From positions 124,001-188,000 of the forward strand of contig CDRNVI010000139.1 in the NCBI GenBank assembly GCA_977017575.1: 64,000 bases of DNA. The letters run 5' to 3'. The stretch is from Paramoeba atlantica (lineage: Eukaryota > Protista > Discosea). Both the position numbers and the translations under genes were made by a program. How positions within the stretch are numbered: position 1 is the first letter of the stretch; every line of letters begins with the position of its first letter. Below the pieces are notes generated by a model. The model was not told the origin of the DNA and made no database searches. It saw nothing but the letters and a program-made list of their open reading frames with translations. Shown piece after piece: positions 1-11,800 of this stretch.

Positions 1-1799
1 TTTCCCAGTTTGCAATGACATTAAAACAACCTGAAAAAAAATCAAAACCATTCAATCAAAAGGAAGAAAGCGAAAAATCTTACTTTTAAACTTGTTGGAG
101 AAGCTTTGTTGAGTCCTTTGATGGCCAACGCAGCCCACTCTTCTTCTTTGTATTCATTCAATCTTTCCAAGATTTCTTCCACTTCAAGAGCCCCAAAACA
201 TTTTTCAATTTTCCTGAGAATTCGGGAACATTCAGTGAACTTTGTCTAAAAAAAAATCCCCTAAAAGAGAGAGAGAGAGAGAGAGAAACTCAATAATGGA
301 GGGTGAATATTTTGATTCTGGAAGACTTTCAGTATGTTTCGCCAAAGCAGCTTCCAAGTTGGCCTCATCATCAATTCCTAGAAAGAAAATTAAATTCAAA
401 AAGGTTTCAAAAAAAAGGAAGAATCAAATGGGGATGAGACCTTTGAGTGATTCTTCCAGTTCTTGAGAATGTTCAGGACAATAATGAGTGGCAATTCCAA
501 AATGAACAAGATCAGCCCCCTTCAAACGAGCTGGAAAATAACTCAAAAAAATATTATTTGAAAATAAAATGAAAATCAAGAGACCTCCAGTCAATCCAAG
601 AAAGACTCCAAAGTTGTGAGGAAGACGAGACAAAAAAAACGACCCTCCAACCTAAGCAGCCCATTTGTTTTGATTAAAAAAAGAATCCAATGAAAAACAA
701 CATTTGAAAAGAAAAACAAAACATCGCAAAAGAAGCCAATTGCAGTCTCAGGCATGGCAAAAACAGAAGAATTGAATGCAACTCTCACTTTTCCATGAAC
801 AGAAAGACCAACTCCCCCTAAGATATTCATTTCAGAGATTGAAAAAAGAGGAGAATGAAAAAGAAAGAAAAGAGAACCTCCCATTGTAATCCCATCAAGA
901 AGAGCGACTTGAGGAGTTGTAAGTTGAGCAATTCGATTATTTAATTTATATTCTTCATAAAAGAATTCTTTGGTGATATTGGGGTCAGATCCTTCTTCTT
1001 TTATTCCTGAGATTCTTCATCAATGATTTCCAAAGAAGAAAAAGTTCGAGTTCGAGTTCGAATTCTTATCATTTTGGAATCTTTTCGAAAATGAGGGGTA
1101 AAATGAAACCACTATCATAAATTGCCCGAATATCTCCTCCCGCACAGAAAGCCTGAGCAATAAAAATGCATATTAAAATGCAAAATTTTTTAATTTAATT
1201 CTATATATTCAAAAAAAATAATAATCAAAGTAAAGAGAAAAGACCTTTTGTCCAGTCCCTTGAAGAACAATCACTTTTTCTTGTGCGTCTTCCTCCCATT
1301 TCTATTCCCAATTGAAAATCAGAAAAACAAGGGAGGAAAAAACATCTTTCAAGAAAAAGAAAAAAGAAAAGAAGAAAAAGAAAACTTGATAGTTTGGATA
1401 AAGATATCGAATCTGAGGAAGGTTAAGAGCATTCAAAGCCTTTGGTCTTTAAATTTCAAAAAAAAAATGTTTCAGATCAGAGAGAGAGAGAGAGAGAGGA
1501 AGGAAAAAGAAAGAAAAACCGATTTAAGGTGACAAATCGAGCATTTCCCAATTTTTCTGTCAAAACTTCTCCCTCTGCTTCCTGTTTTGTTTTTTTTTTC
1601 ATCACCTTTTCTCTGTTGTTTCTTTTCTCTTTTTTTGCTTCTCTTCTCATCTTTTTCTTTTTTTTCGCTTGGAAAGTTTGAGAAAAACCCGAAGAGGGGA
1701 AGAAGTTGAAAAAGTGGCCATCAAACGACCAACCCTCAAGCAACTTCGAAGAGAAAGAGAAGAAGAAGAAGGCCCAAACAATGAACAAACTCCCAACAT
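1..1799 (-). CDS. HIBCH: 3-hydroxyisobutyryl-CoA hydrolase, mitochondrial (multi-exon; 3' end runs off the window)
   Basis: Spliced translation gives a transit-like [37 protein letters not shown], then [75 protein letters not shown] and [19 protein letters not shown] at 1799-1797. Confidence 0.9.
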
Positions 1800-2022
1800 C
1801 CCCCAAATTCGAAGAAGAGAAAAAGGAAAGAAAAAAGATACGGTTTTTCGATACCAAAAAAAAGCGATAAAATCCTTTTTGGTGGTGCCTTTTTTTGCTC
1901 CCAAATCGTTGGTAATTTTCTTTTTGGGCAACGGAAAAGGTTTGGCTAGTTCTGGCGAGCGTTCCAACGGAACTGTTCTCAGCCCTCGGCGGCCGGCGAG
2001 CTTGAAGGGGTCTCTCTCTTTG

Positions 2023-3782
2023 ATGGCAAACATCCAAAGTGGAGAATTAACAATCCAAACTCATTATGAGGAGAAGGAGGAAGAATGTGCCTCCCTCCCT
2101 GAATTTGATGAAGAGGAAAGGGAGATCGAAACAGCGGAAGGGTTGCCCTGGAGAATTCTCTTCCTTATTTTTTCTGCCATTGGAGCTGATGCCATGACAA
2201 TTCTTCTGATTCAACCTCTGGCTTATGACCAAGTTTTTATTTTCTTTTTCCACTCTTTTTCCAGCTCTCTAAAAAAAAGCTTGTTGTTGTCTCTTCACTG
2301 CAGTGTCGCGAGAGATTTGGGATGGACGAGTCAGCTGGTGTGTGCGCCGGATCTCTGATTGGCTTCTTTACTTTTGGAACAACGCTTTCCTCTCTTTTCC
2401 TTGGATATCTTGCTGATCTCTATGGCAGAAAAAGATTTGTCATGATGGGTCTTTTCACAAGTGCAATTTCCATCAATTTGTATGGATTTTCAACATCTTT
2501 CTGGGTGGCTGCATCTCTCCGTATTTTTGCGGGTCTTACCAATGCCAATGCAACCCTCTCTAGCGCGATTTGTGCCGATGTGACATCTGGGAAACAGAGA
2601 GTCCTTGCATTTGGTTACTTATGGGGAGTATGGGGTTTGTCTGGCTTGTTGGCTGGAACGATTGGCGGAATTTTCTCTCGACCTCAATTTCAACTTTTCA
2701 CACCATGGGGGAATCGTTTTTGGTTTCCTTGTTTCCTGGCGAGTTGTTGGAACACAATAAGTTTGATCGCAATTGGTCTCTTTCTCCCTGAAACTCTTCC
2801 TCAACAAGTTGGAGCTATGGATCAAAAACAACGGACTGGGGCACCCCTTGAAGTCGAAATGAGCGAATATGATGTGGATGAACGCTGTGATGAAGAAGAC
2901 CCCATGGCTCCCCTTATAATAGAAGTAGCAACGAAAAATGAAGTAGAAGACGAAAAAGTGGAGTTCTCTTTGGTCGAACGTTTCAGTCAGGGAGGAAAGA
3001 TTCTCTTTGTTTCGGACCCTTTGAGAAGACTCTTATGTCTGGTCTATTGTGTGAATTCATTTGCAAATGGATCCGCCATCGCTTTACTTGTACTGTTTGC
3101 CTCTGCTCCGATCTCATCTGGTGGTCTGGGATACTCGAGCTTTGAAACCGGTCTCTTGCTAACTTGGCAATCAGTCATATCTCTTGCCTTCCAAGCTGGA
3201 TGCTTCAAAAAGGTGTCATATCTTTTAAAGAGCAACTACATTTTTTATTGCATTGGTTTGCTATTCTATCTTGTTGGGTGTATTTTCTATCCTCTCTCTT
3301 CTTTTCCAAGTCGATCATCAGACATGCCAAATCATCAATCCATTTTCTTTTCAATGTTTTCCACAACCTTCTTGGCAATCGCTGGTATGATTGTCCTTCC
3401 TGTTTTGGGGAGTATGCAGTCCAATGTCTCTCCTCCAGAATTACAAGGTCTTTCAATGGGGATAATCCAAAGCTTATCATTTTTTTTTCGTTCTTTTGGG
3501 CCTATCGTTGCTGGATATTTCTTAGATTTCTTCGCTCAGTATCATTTTGTTGGTGGGTCATACATCATCCCAGTCTTATCCTATATTCTATGCTATCTTT
3601 TGATTTCGAGGATGACAAAAGAAGACAAAGAAAGAGCTGAAATCTCACAAAGAGAAACAATCATCCCATTTGAAGAGAATTTTGAAATCCAAGAAGAAAC
3701 TCAACTCGAATCTAAATTGTTTGATGATGATTCTTTGGAGGAATCATTCAATAGTGATAGTGAGGAAGAATTTATTATTTAA
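2023..3782 (+). CDS. MFS transporter (ZIFL/DHA1-like), 2 exons (intron 2233-2303)
   Basis: MFS motif A GYLADLYGRK and multiple hydrophobic segments. The in-frame splice DQ|CRERFG joins exon 1 to ORF 2322-3782. Confidence 0.88.
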
Positions 3783-3806
3783 ATACAAAAAGAATGCGTC
3801 TTTTTT

Positions 3807-5347
3807 TTAACTTATTTTCTCACTTATTTCAGCACGTAACCTCTCCTCTTTTGTCATCCGAGAGATCAAGAAAGAACAAAGTACATAAAAACAAAATGGA
3901 AATAAGAAGGTGACACTCGCAAGGTGATACTTGGATAAAAAATCCAAAATAAATCCAACAATGACGGGTCCAAATGATCGAAAAAAACTCGATAAACTTT
4001 GGAGAATACCCATGGAGAGTCCTTGTAGTTCGGGAGGAGAGATATTTGATTGCATACTTCCCAAGACAGGAAGTGCGATCATGTAGGCAATTGAAATGGG
4101 GAGGGTAGAAAACATAGAAAACAAAATAGTCATGTAGAAAGTGGTCTTACTATCAGAATATCGATTTGGAAAAGCAGAAAGTGGAAAGAGAATACACCCA
4201 ATCAAATAAAGAAGTAGAGAGATGGAGTAAAAGAGAAAATTACTGTTCAAGAGAGTTGAAACTCTTTTAAAGAAAAAAATTTGAAAGAGCAGACCAATCA
4301 ACGATTGCCAAGTTACCAAAAGGCCTATTTCAAAACTCGAAAACCCAAAACCACCAGAAGACGTTGGAGTCGAATAAAATATGATCAGCAAAGCAATAAA
4401 CGCTCCATTAACAAAGGAATTTACACAATAAACCGAACAAAGAAGTCTTCTGAGAGCATCTGTGGCAAAGAGTTCCATACATCCACTGACAAGAACATCG
4501 AAAGGAGACTTTGTTTCAGTCTGAATAAATTGAGCTGAGTCACTATCTGATTCTTCTTCATCACTTAATTGGTTCAGAGGAGGCACTGAAGGATCACTCT
4601 CTTCTCGCTTCAACGTCTCCGGGAGGTAGAGGCCAATCGAGAGACAACTCAAAAAATTTAAACAACCCACCAGGAAACAAGGAAAGATAAATCGATTTCC
4701 CCAAGGAGTGATTGGTTGGAACTTTTCTTCCGAAAATATTCCCCCAATTGACCCAGCCAGAGATCCAGCAATTCCCCACACACTCCACAAATAAGCAAAA
4801 GCTAAAACTCTCTGTTTTCCGGAAGTGACATCCGCACAAACTGCACTTGTCAAAGCAGTATTTGCGTTTGTCAACCCACAAAATAGCCGAATTGAAAAAG
4901 CAACCCAAAATGAAGAAGAAAATCCATACAAATTAACTCCGATACCACTTGTTAAAAGACCAAGCATCATAATCTTCTTTCGCCCGTAAATATCAGCAAG
5001 ATGACCAAGAACGAAAGAAGAAATGCACATCCCAAAAGTGAAGATTCCAACAAGTGCTCCAGCGCACGTTCCTGTGAATTCACCCACTCCAAATCTCTCT
5101 CGACACTATGGACAAAAGAAAATCTGAGCAATGAAAGACCACCCCCACTTTCTTTTTTGGAGTGAGGGAAAAAAAGAAAGAGGGAAAAAAAGAGAAAAAC
5201 TTGAGAAGGAGCAAGAGGTTGAATCATGAGAATCGTCATTGCATCTGAGGCAAGAACCCCATAAACTAAGAAGAGAGTACGCCAAGGAAGACCAACATTT
5301 GGCTCACGTTCCTCTCCTTCATCATCCGAAGAAAGATTTTCCTCCAT
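3807..5347 (-). CDS. MFS transporter paralogue, 2 exons (intron 5106-5200)
   Basis: GHLADIYGRK. Clearly homologous to 2023-3782 (LPWR.LFL, DAMTIL.IQPLA, CRERFG, SADVTSGKQRVLAF) with the same intron position. Confidence 0.88.
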
Positions 5348-5530
5348 TTCAAAAAATTTTCTTTTGGGGAGAGAAAAAAACCTAAACTGCCCAACCCGAA
5401 AACAGAAAAAAGTGAAGAAAAAACTTCCAAACTTAACTTCCAAACCCGAAGAAATTTCTTGGCCAGTTTTAGCGCTCTTTTTCTTCCCTTCACTTTTCGG
5501 TGATTTCACAGGAAGGAAACCAAAAAAGTG

Positions 5531-8500
5531 ATGGAGGAAGAAGAAGGATCATGTTCTCTCCCTTGTTTCCCTTTTTCTTCTTCTTTCTTGAGAATCTCAT
5601 CTCTCTCTCTCTTTTGTTTCACAGATGCTCATCGAGAAGAATTTTTTGAGGTCTGTCAAAAAGGAGAGTTGAAAAGAGCGCAAGAACTTGTTTCAAAGAT
5701 TTCGTTCAAAGACCATCGCTCATTCAAAGGCGATGTCAGTCGAGTTGTTTGTCTCAGAGATAAAATGGGAAGGACCCCACTTCACTACGCGTGCATGGGA
5801 GGGTATGTTCGCTTGGCCTTGTTTCTTATCAACCACGGTGCTCCAGTAGCCCCCAAGTTCTCATCTCTCTTTCTTTTTCTTATCTTTCTCTCAAACTGAC
5901 GTTAAAATTCAAAAAGGGATCGAGATGGAAATACTCCAGCTCATTTAGCCCATTCAAGTCAAAAAGGTTTTCAACTTTGTGTCAACTCTCAACTTTTTTG
6001 AAAAACAGAAAGTTAACAACCCTTTTTGTTTCCTTTCTTTGTGGATCAGATGGAATGGTAATCTGGTTGTGGAAAAAGGGAGCAAAAGACTCAATCAAAT
6101 TTGATGAAAATCGGAACGGGGAGGTTGTGTATGCGACCCTTGATGACGTTATTCGAGCTGCATTAAGGTTTTTCTTTTCTCCTCACTTTTCCCCCCAATA
6201 TTTCTTCTAATTTTGGTGTCTGGGAAGACAATACCAAGCTGCCTTACTTCCGCTCCCCAAAACTGCCAAAACAATGACACAAGATATGGCTGCAGTCACT
6301 CGATTTCAAGAAGCAGCTCGGACAGGAGAAATTGAAGCAGTCATTGAGATGATTAAAAAAGCTGAAAAAGATGGTTCTGTCAGAGAGTTGATTGAGACAA
6401 GGAGCTTGGAGGGGAAAAATTCTCTTCACCAATCTGTTGAAAGTTCACAAGCTGCAGTTGTGAAATTATTACTTGAACATGGGGCTGATCCAGAGGTGAA
6501 TATTTTGTTTGTCAAAACCCACATTTCGTAAAAAGGAATCAATGATCATTTCTCTCTTTTTTTTTAGGCTGAAGAAGAGTATCGAAATACTCCTCTGATC
6601 ATCGCTGTTAATGTGTCAAACGATTCATCAGAAGTAATTGAAGCTTTGATTGACTTTAATGCGAATGTAAATTGTATTTCCATGTTTTCTCTTGTCCCTC
6701 TTCTGATGGCGGTGGAAAACAATTATCTGAATGTTGTTCGAACATTAATTGAGAAAGGGAATGCCGATATTCAGATTCGAGGTGTTGAAGACAACACAGC
6801 TTTGCATTTTGCTGTTATAAATGGCCATTATGAAGTCGCTGAATATTTATTGAAGAAAGGGGCAGATCGAAATTCTCAGAACAAATGCGGTTTGTGTAAT
6901 TTTATCATCATTTTTCTTTTTCCTACCTTTTAATTTCTGAATGTTTTGTGTTTTGCCAGGCAAAACACCTGTTGAACTTGCCCCGAAGAATCTGCTTTAT
7001 CTCCTAACTGACGGAAAGGAAGGAGCCCTCCCTGACCCCGAGTCAAAGTCCACTCATCTTCGAGAAGAAGATATCTTTTATTACTGGGACACCCTTTTAT
7101 CTGGAAAAAGAGAACATCGAATTCCAGAGGAATATCTGGAAGGTGGGAACAAAATTGGTGAGGGGAATTTTGGAAATGTTTATGCCACAAAGTATATTGG
7201 ACCTCAGCCTGAAGGGAAGGAAGAAGAAGAAGGAGAGAAAAAAAGGAGAAGTATTCCAACTGATTTAGCAGCGAAGTTTTTGAGAGGAAATTTGAATGGA
7301 CAAAGGCGATATCGCGAATTATTACGTTTGGAGATCTTAACGATGATAGATTTAAATCACCCCAATATTATTCATTTTGTTGGTTTGTATCTATTCTTAG
7401 TTCTTGATTAAAAAATTTCCCAAATTTCTTTTTAACTTTTTCTTTAAGGTGTGAGTATTCGAAAACAAGACAATATTGTTTGCATTTTGACAAAGAGAGC
7501 TGAGGTAAAATGAATTTATTCCCCTATTTTTTCATTCGATTTTCATAAAACTGATTTGGAGATTAGAGAGGATCTCTTGCTGATGTTCTGTACAAACAAG
7601 AAAACTCTCTTGATTACAAACTGAAACTGCAGATTGCCCTTGATATTGCCAAAGGTTTGTTTCATTTGATTTTCTGAGATTTCTTTTAAAAAAAAACATC
7701 CTCCTTCCTCAAAAATTTTGTCTTCAATTGAATCAGGGATGGCATATGCTGCAAAATTGAAAATCCTACACCGAGATTTACGAGCTTCAAATATCCTCAT
7801 TGATGAAAATTATCAAGCGAGAGTTGCGGATTGGGGTTTGGCCTGTAAAAGAACTTCTGTGAATTGTTTTCCCCCTAGCTTAGAAGTTGTTGGCTCTCTT
7901 CATTGGATGGCTCCTGAGGTGTTTAAGAAAATGTGCCGCGTTGAAAAGAGCGATGTTTACAGGTTTGTGAGAAATTTATTCTTTTTTGAATTTCAACAAT
8001 TAGATCCAATACTTAGTTTGTTAATCATAGTTACGGAATGACATGTTATGAGCTTCTCACTGAAACAACCCCATTTGCTGGAATGGCACCACTCCATGCA
8101 GCTCGGTTAGCTTCAGGACAAACAGGAGAAGAAGATTCAGATCCTGTTCGACCTGATCTTTCTCACTCTGATCCAACAAAAGAATCCCTCCAACTGCGAG
8201 AGATAGTTGAAAGTTGTTGGATTGAGGATGTAAAAAGTCGCCCAAATTTCAGCGAAGTAGGCAAAAAGCTGAGTGAAATCCTTGACTTGGAATTTGACGC
8301 CAGTTTGGTACCTGACAAGAAGGAAGATTTTGAGGAAGAGAAAGTTTATTCTTCTTCATCTTCCTCTTCCTCTTCCAGCTCTTCCTCCTCTTCGTCTTCA
8401 TCTTCATCTTCTCTTCCAACACCCCCTGTTGTTGTCTCGCCTGCCCGTCTGAAAAAACCAATTGTTGTTTCAAGAAAGGCCCATCCAAGAACTGCTGCCC

Positions 8501-8616
8501 CAAAACCTGCAGCCACTGGTGGAAATATGAAATTTATGAAAATGACACCAACTGGAATGCCTGTCACCTGCCGACCACCATCACGTTCAGAGAATTCCTC
8601 TGGTCAAGAGGAATGA
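5531..8616 (+). CDS. Ankyrin-repeat TKL-group protein kinase, multi-exon
   Basis: Ankyrin repeats (GRTPLHYAC, GKNSLHQ, NTALHFAV), GEGNFGNVY, AAK, HRDLRASNILI, DWG, WMAPE and a Ser-rich tail. Confidence 0.88.
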
Positions 8617-8829
8617 AAGACAATCCACTAAAATTCTTGACTTGACATTTATTTCAGATCATTAAAAATCAAAGATTTCTTGACAATTCTTTTGAAAGAG
8701 AATTGAATTTTCTTTTCTAATCTTCCCAAAGTGGTGTCCCCTCAAAAAAAAAAGACACCCCTTCCAATTCGTGTTGTTTCCTTTCCGTTTCGGCTCTCTT
8801 TTTCGGTTGTGAATGAAGTTTTTTGATCG

Positions 8830-11800
8830 ATGTTTGAGAAAGTGGTCAGCGGTGTGTTGAGCAGGTATTTAGGGAAGTACATTGAAGGGTTGAATGAAGT
8901 TAGTTTGGATGTTGGATTAAGATCTGGGAATGTCAAACTTTCCAATTTGGCGGTTCGTTTGGATGCTCTGAATGACCTCCAACTCCCACTCACCGTACTA
9001 GCCGGTTTTCACCTTCCTTTCTTTCTCTTTTTTCTTTTCTGTCTCTCATATGATGGTAGGGGTTGTCCAAGAGTTGGAGTTATCAATTCCATGGTCAAAC
9101 TTAAAGTCTTCACCTGCGATTATCCATTTAAAAGTAAGTCATCACGCTTTTTCTTTTATGAAGAAGGAGTTGAGCTGATAGTTTTTGTCAGGGGGTTTTT
9201 GTCAGGCTGGGACCAGCGACTGAAGATTTCCGAACAAAAGAATTTCTGTTTGGTTCTTTTTCTATCATTTTAAATTCTTTTCTGAGATCACCCTCTTCAG
9301 AGAAAGAGAAATCAAAACAAAACTTCATCGTTTGCAATTTGCGGAACTGATCGCTGATTCTGAACTTGACTCTGAGCTTTCAGAAAAGGTTTTTCTCTCT
9401 CCCCCTTTTCAAAAAGCGAAAAATGAGAGCCTAACTTTCATCTTTACAGAAAAATGGGGATAGTTGGGTGACTCAGATGATCACGACCATTGTCGCAAAT
9501 CTTCAGGTCTTGTTCTTTTTTTCGTTTCTTTTTTTCGCCTGGGAGGATTTACAGTTCTCTGTAGGTTAAAATTAACTCTGTTCATGTTCGCTTTGAAGAT
9601 TTCAAAACAAACCCTTCCAACCCATTTGCCTTTGGGTTTACAATGGATTCCTTCCTTCTTCAAGTAAGAATAATGAGTTTTCGACCATTTTATTTTATCT
9701 TCCAATTATTCATCGAAAACCTTTTCAAGACAACAGACCAAAATTACAAACCTGCTTTTTTAAGTGAATCTGGTACAACTGAACTCGTGTACAAGTTGGC
9801 GAAGCTCTCCCATTTTGGAGTCTATTGGGATCAAAATATTCGACGATTGCCATCAGGAAATTTAGCTTTTCAAGTTTGTTGAATATGATTTTATGTTCTA
9901 GTCAAATTGACTGAATAGAAAAATGATTTCCAAAAGGTTATGGAGAAACTGATCTTTCGGGGAGAAAAATATCCAAATTTTAATTATATTGTTCGCCCTT
10001 TCTCAACTGAATTGAAACTTAGACTCAACCAATCATTTGGTCCTTCTTTTCTGAAATTATTCTTCTTATTTTCGTTCTTAACTTTGAGTCTTAGGTGCCA
10101 ATGAATTTCCCAAAGTCACAGTGGATCTTGTTCAAAACCGATTTGGATTTTTTGTGAAACAATTTCAGGTTTTCTCTCAAATTCAAAAAAAAAACTCAGG
10201 CCCTCAATTGTTGAAATGGTTCTATGAATTAGATTCAAGGGATTTTGGATTTTGTTGACCGGATGGCAAATTTTACCAAATCATTCCAATATGGGAGGTT
10301 CCGAGAGAAACAAATGCTTGAAATTCATCAAGCTCTAAAAAATCATCCAAAATTAGATGAAAAAGGGAAAATGATGAGAAAAAAATTAGCCGAACACAGA
10401 TGGATCTTTTGTTGTCAAGCTGTCATGCATGATGTTCAAGAGAAAAGAAAGAGTTGGAAATGGGAGACAATGAAACAGTCTCGGCACAGCTGTCGTCAAT
10501 ATGTCAATCTTTATATCAAAAAGAAGAAGAAGGTAGCTCAGCCTCTTGATCTGAGACAAATTGAGAGTTATGAGCGGTTAATGGACTTTGAATGGCTCCT
10601 GTTTTGTCGGAGAATTGGATTTCAGTTTCTTAAAAAAGATCGAGAATTCCAAATTGCGCACCGCAAGTTTGTTCTCAAAAAACTTTTCCATTTCTTCTTT
10701 TTCTTATCTTTTCCAATTTGTAGAATGAAGAAACAGAAGAGAAAAGAAGCTGAAGGTCTTAATTGGTTCAAAGCACTTGTTGAAGAAGTCGAAGAGAGTG
10801 ATGCATCCCTTCAAATGACACCAGAAGTATGGAAAGAGCTTCATGGACTCTTAGAAGGTCTTTTTCCTTTTTTCTTCTTTTTGTTCAATTCATATTTTGT
10901 TAATTTTTCTTTTCTTTTTTCCAACAGGAGATTCTCTTTCAAAGTTATCAGATTCTTCTTCAACAAGTGCGGTAGCAGATGAAATCATTGCCTCACTGAG
11001 TATTGGAACATTTCGTTGTGTTCTCCTCGAAGATTCTTCAAAGGATGGTAAAAAAATATTTATTGATTCCTTTCAACCAAAATCTCTTTTCTCATCACCA
11101 TCTGATAGATGATGATTTTTTGGCTTCTCTGAGATGTGACGGGTTTCGTGCAACTCTTTCTTCTGGTCGAGATGCACAAAATTTTTTTCTTCAATCTGGA
11201 GATGTTGAAGTGTTGGATGGAACTTCACCAAATACATTATTTCCTGTTGTCTTGCAATCTCTCACATCCAACTCTCCGAAAGGGGCGAAACAATCCTTAA
11301 AATTGGATTTAAAAAGAAAGAAAATTGAGGTTTCTTCCACTTTTTTTTCTCTTTTCCACCCACAATCTTATTGGTTTGGATCAGGATGATATCTTTTATA
11401 TTCTAAATGGAAGTTTGAATCCTTCCGTGTTGGTTGTTTCTGTTCCGTTAGCGTTAAGACTTCGAACATTCTTTATTCCCGAAGATAGAAAGTCAACAAT
11501 AGCTGAATTAGGTCAGTTATTTTCTTCGTTCATCTCTTTACTGCTTTATTCAAATTGAAGTTTGCTTCTAGAAAAGGAAACAATTGCCAAACTTCAAAAT
11601 TTAGCTGATGAAACAAGAATGAATTTCAATCAGACTCTTCTTGATTCTCATTCCCATTTACAAGGTAATTAGAATCCCTTTTTGTCCCTTTTAATTTCAC
11701 CAGAAAATGTGTCTCACACTAAATTTCATTTTTCATTTTTGAGTTCGCGCTTCTCTTCATGGTCCAAGAATTATCTTCCCTCTTGAAATTTCAAACGGAA

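Noticed and set aside
1669-2022. N-terminal part of ORF 1669-2358 as a long MFS extension
   Set aside because: It is antisense to the HIBCH transit-peptide exon and the shared promoter; the ATG at 2023 fits the paralogue better.
7820-7845. DWG instead of DFG as a sign of a pseudokinase
   Set aside because: The Gly loop, the beta3 Lys, HRD and the metal-binding Asp are all intact, and DWG occurs in active kinases such as CK2.
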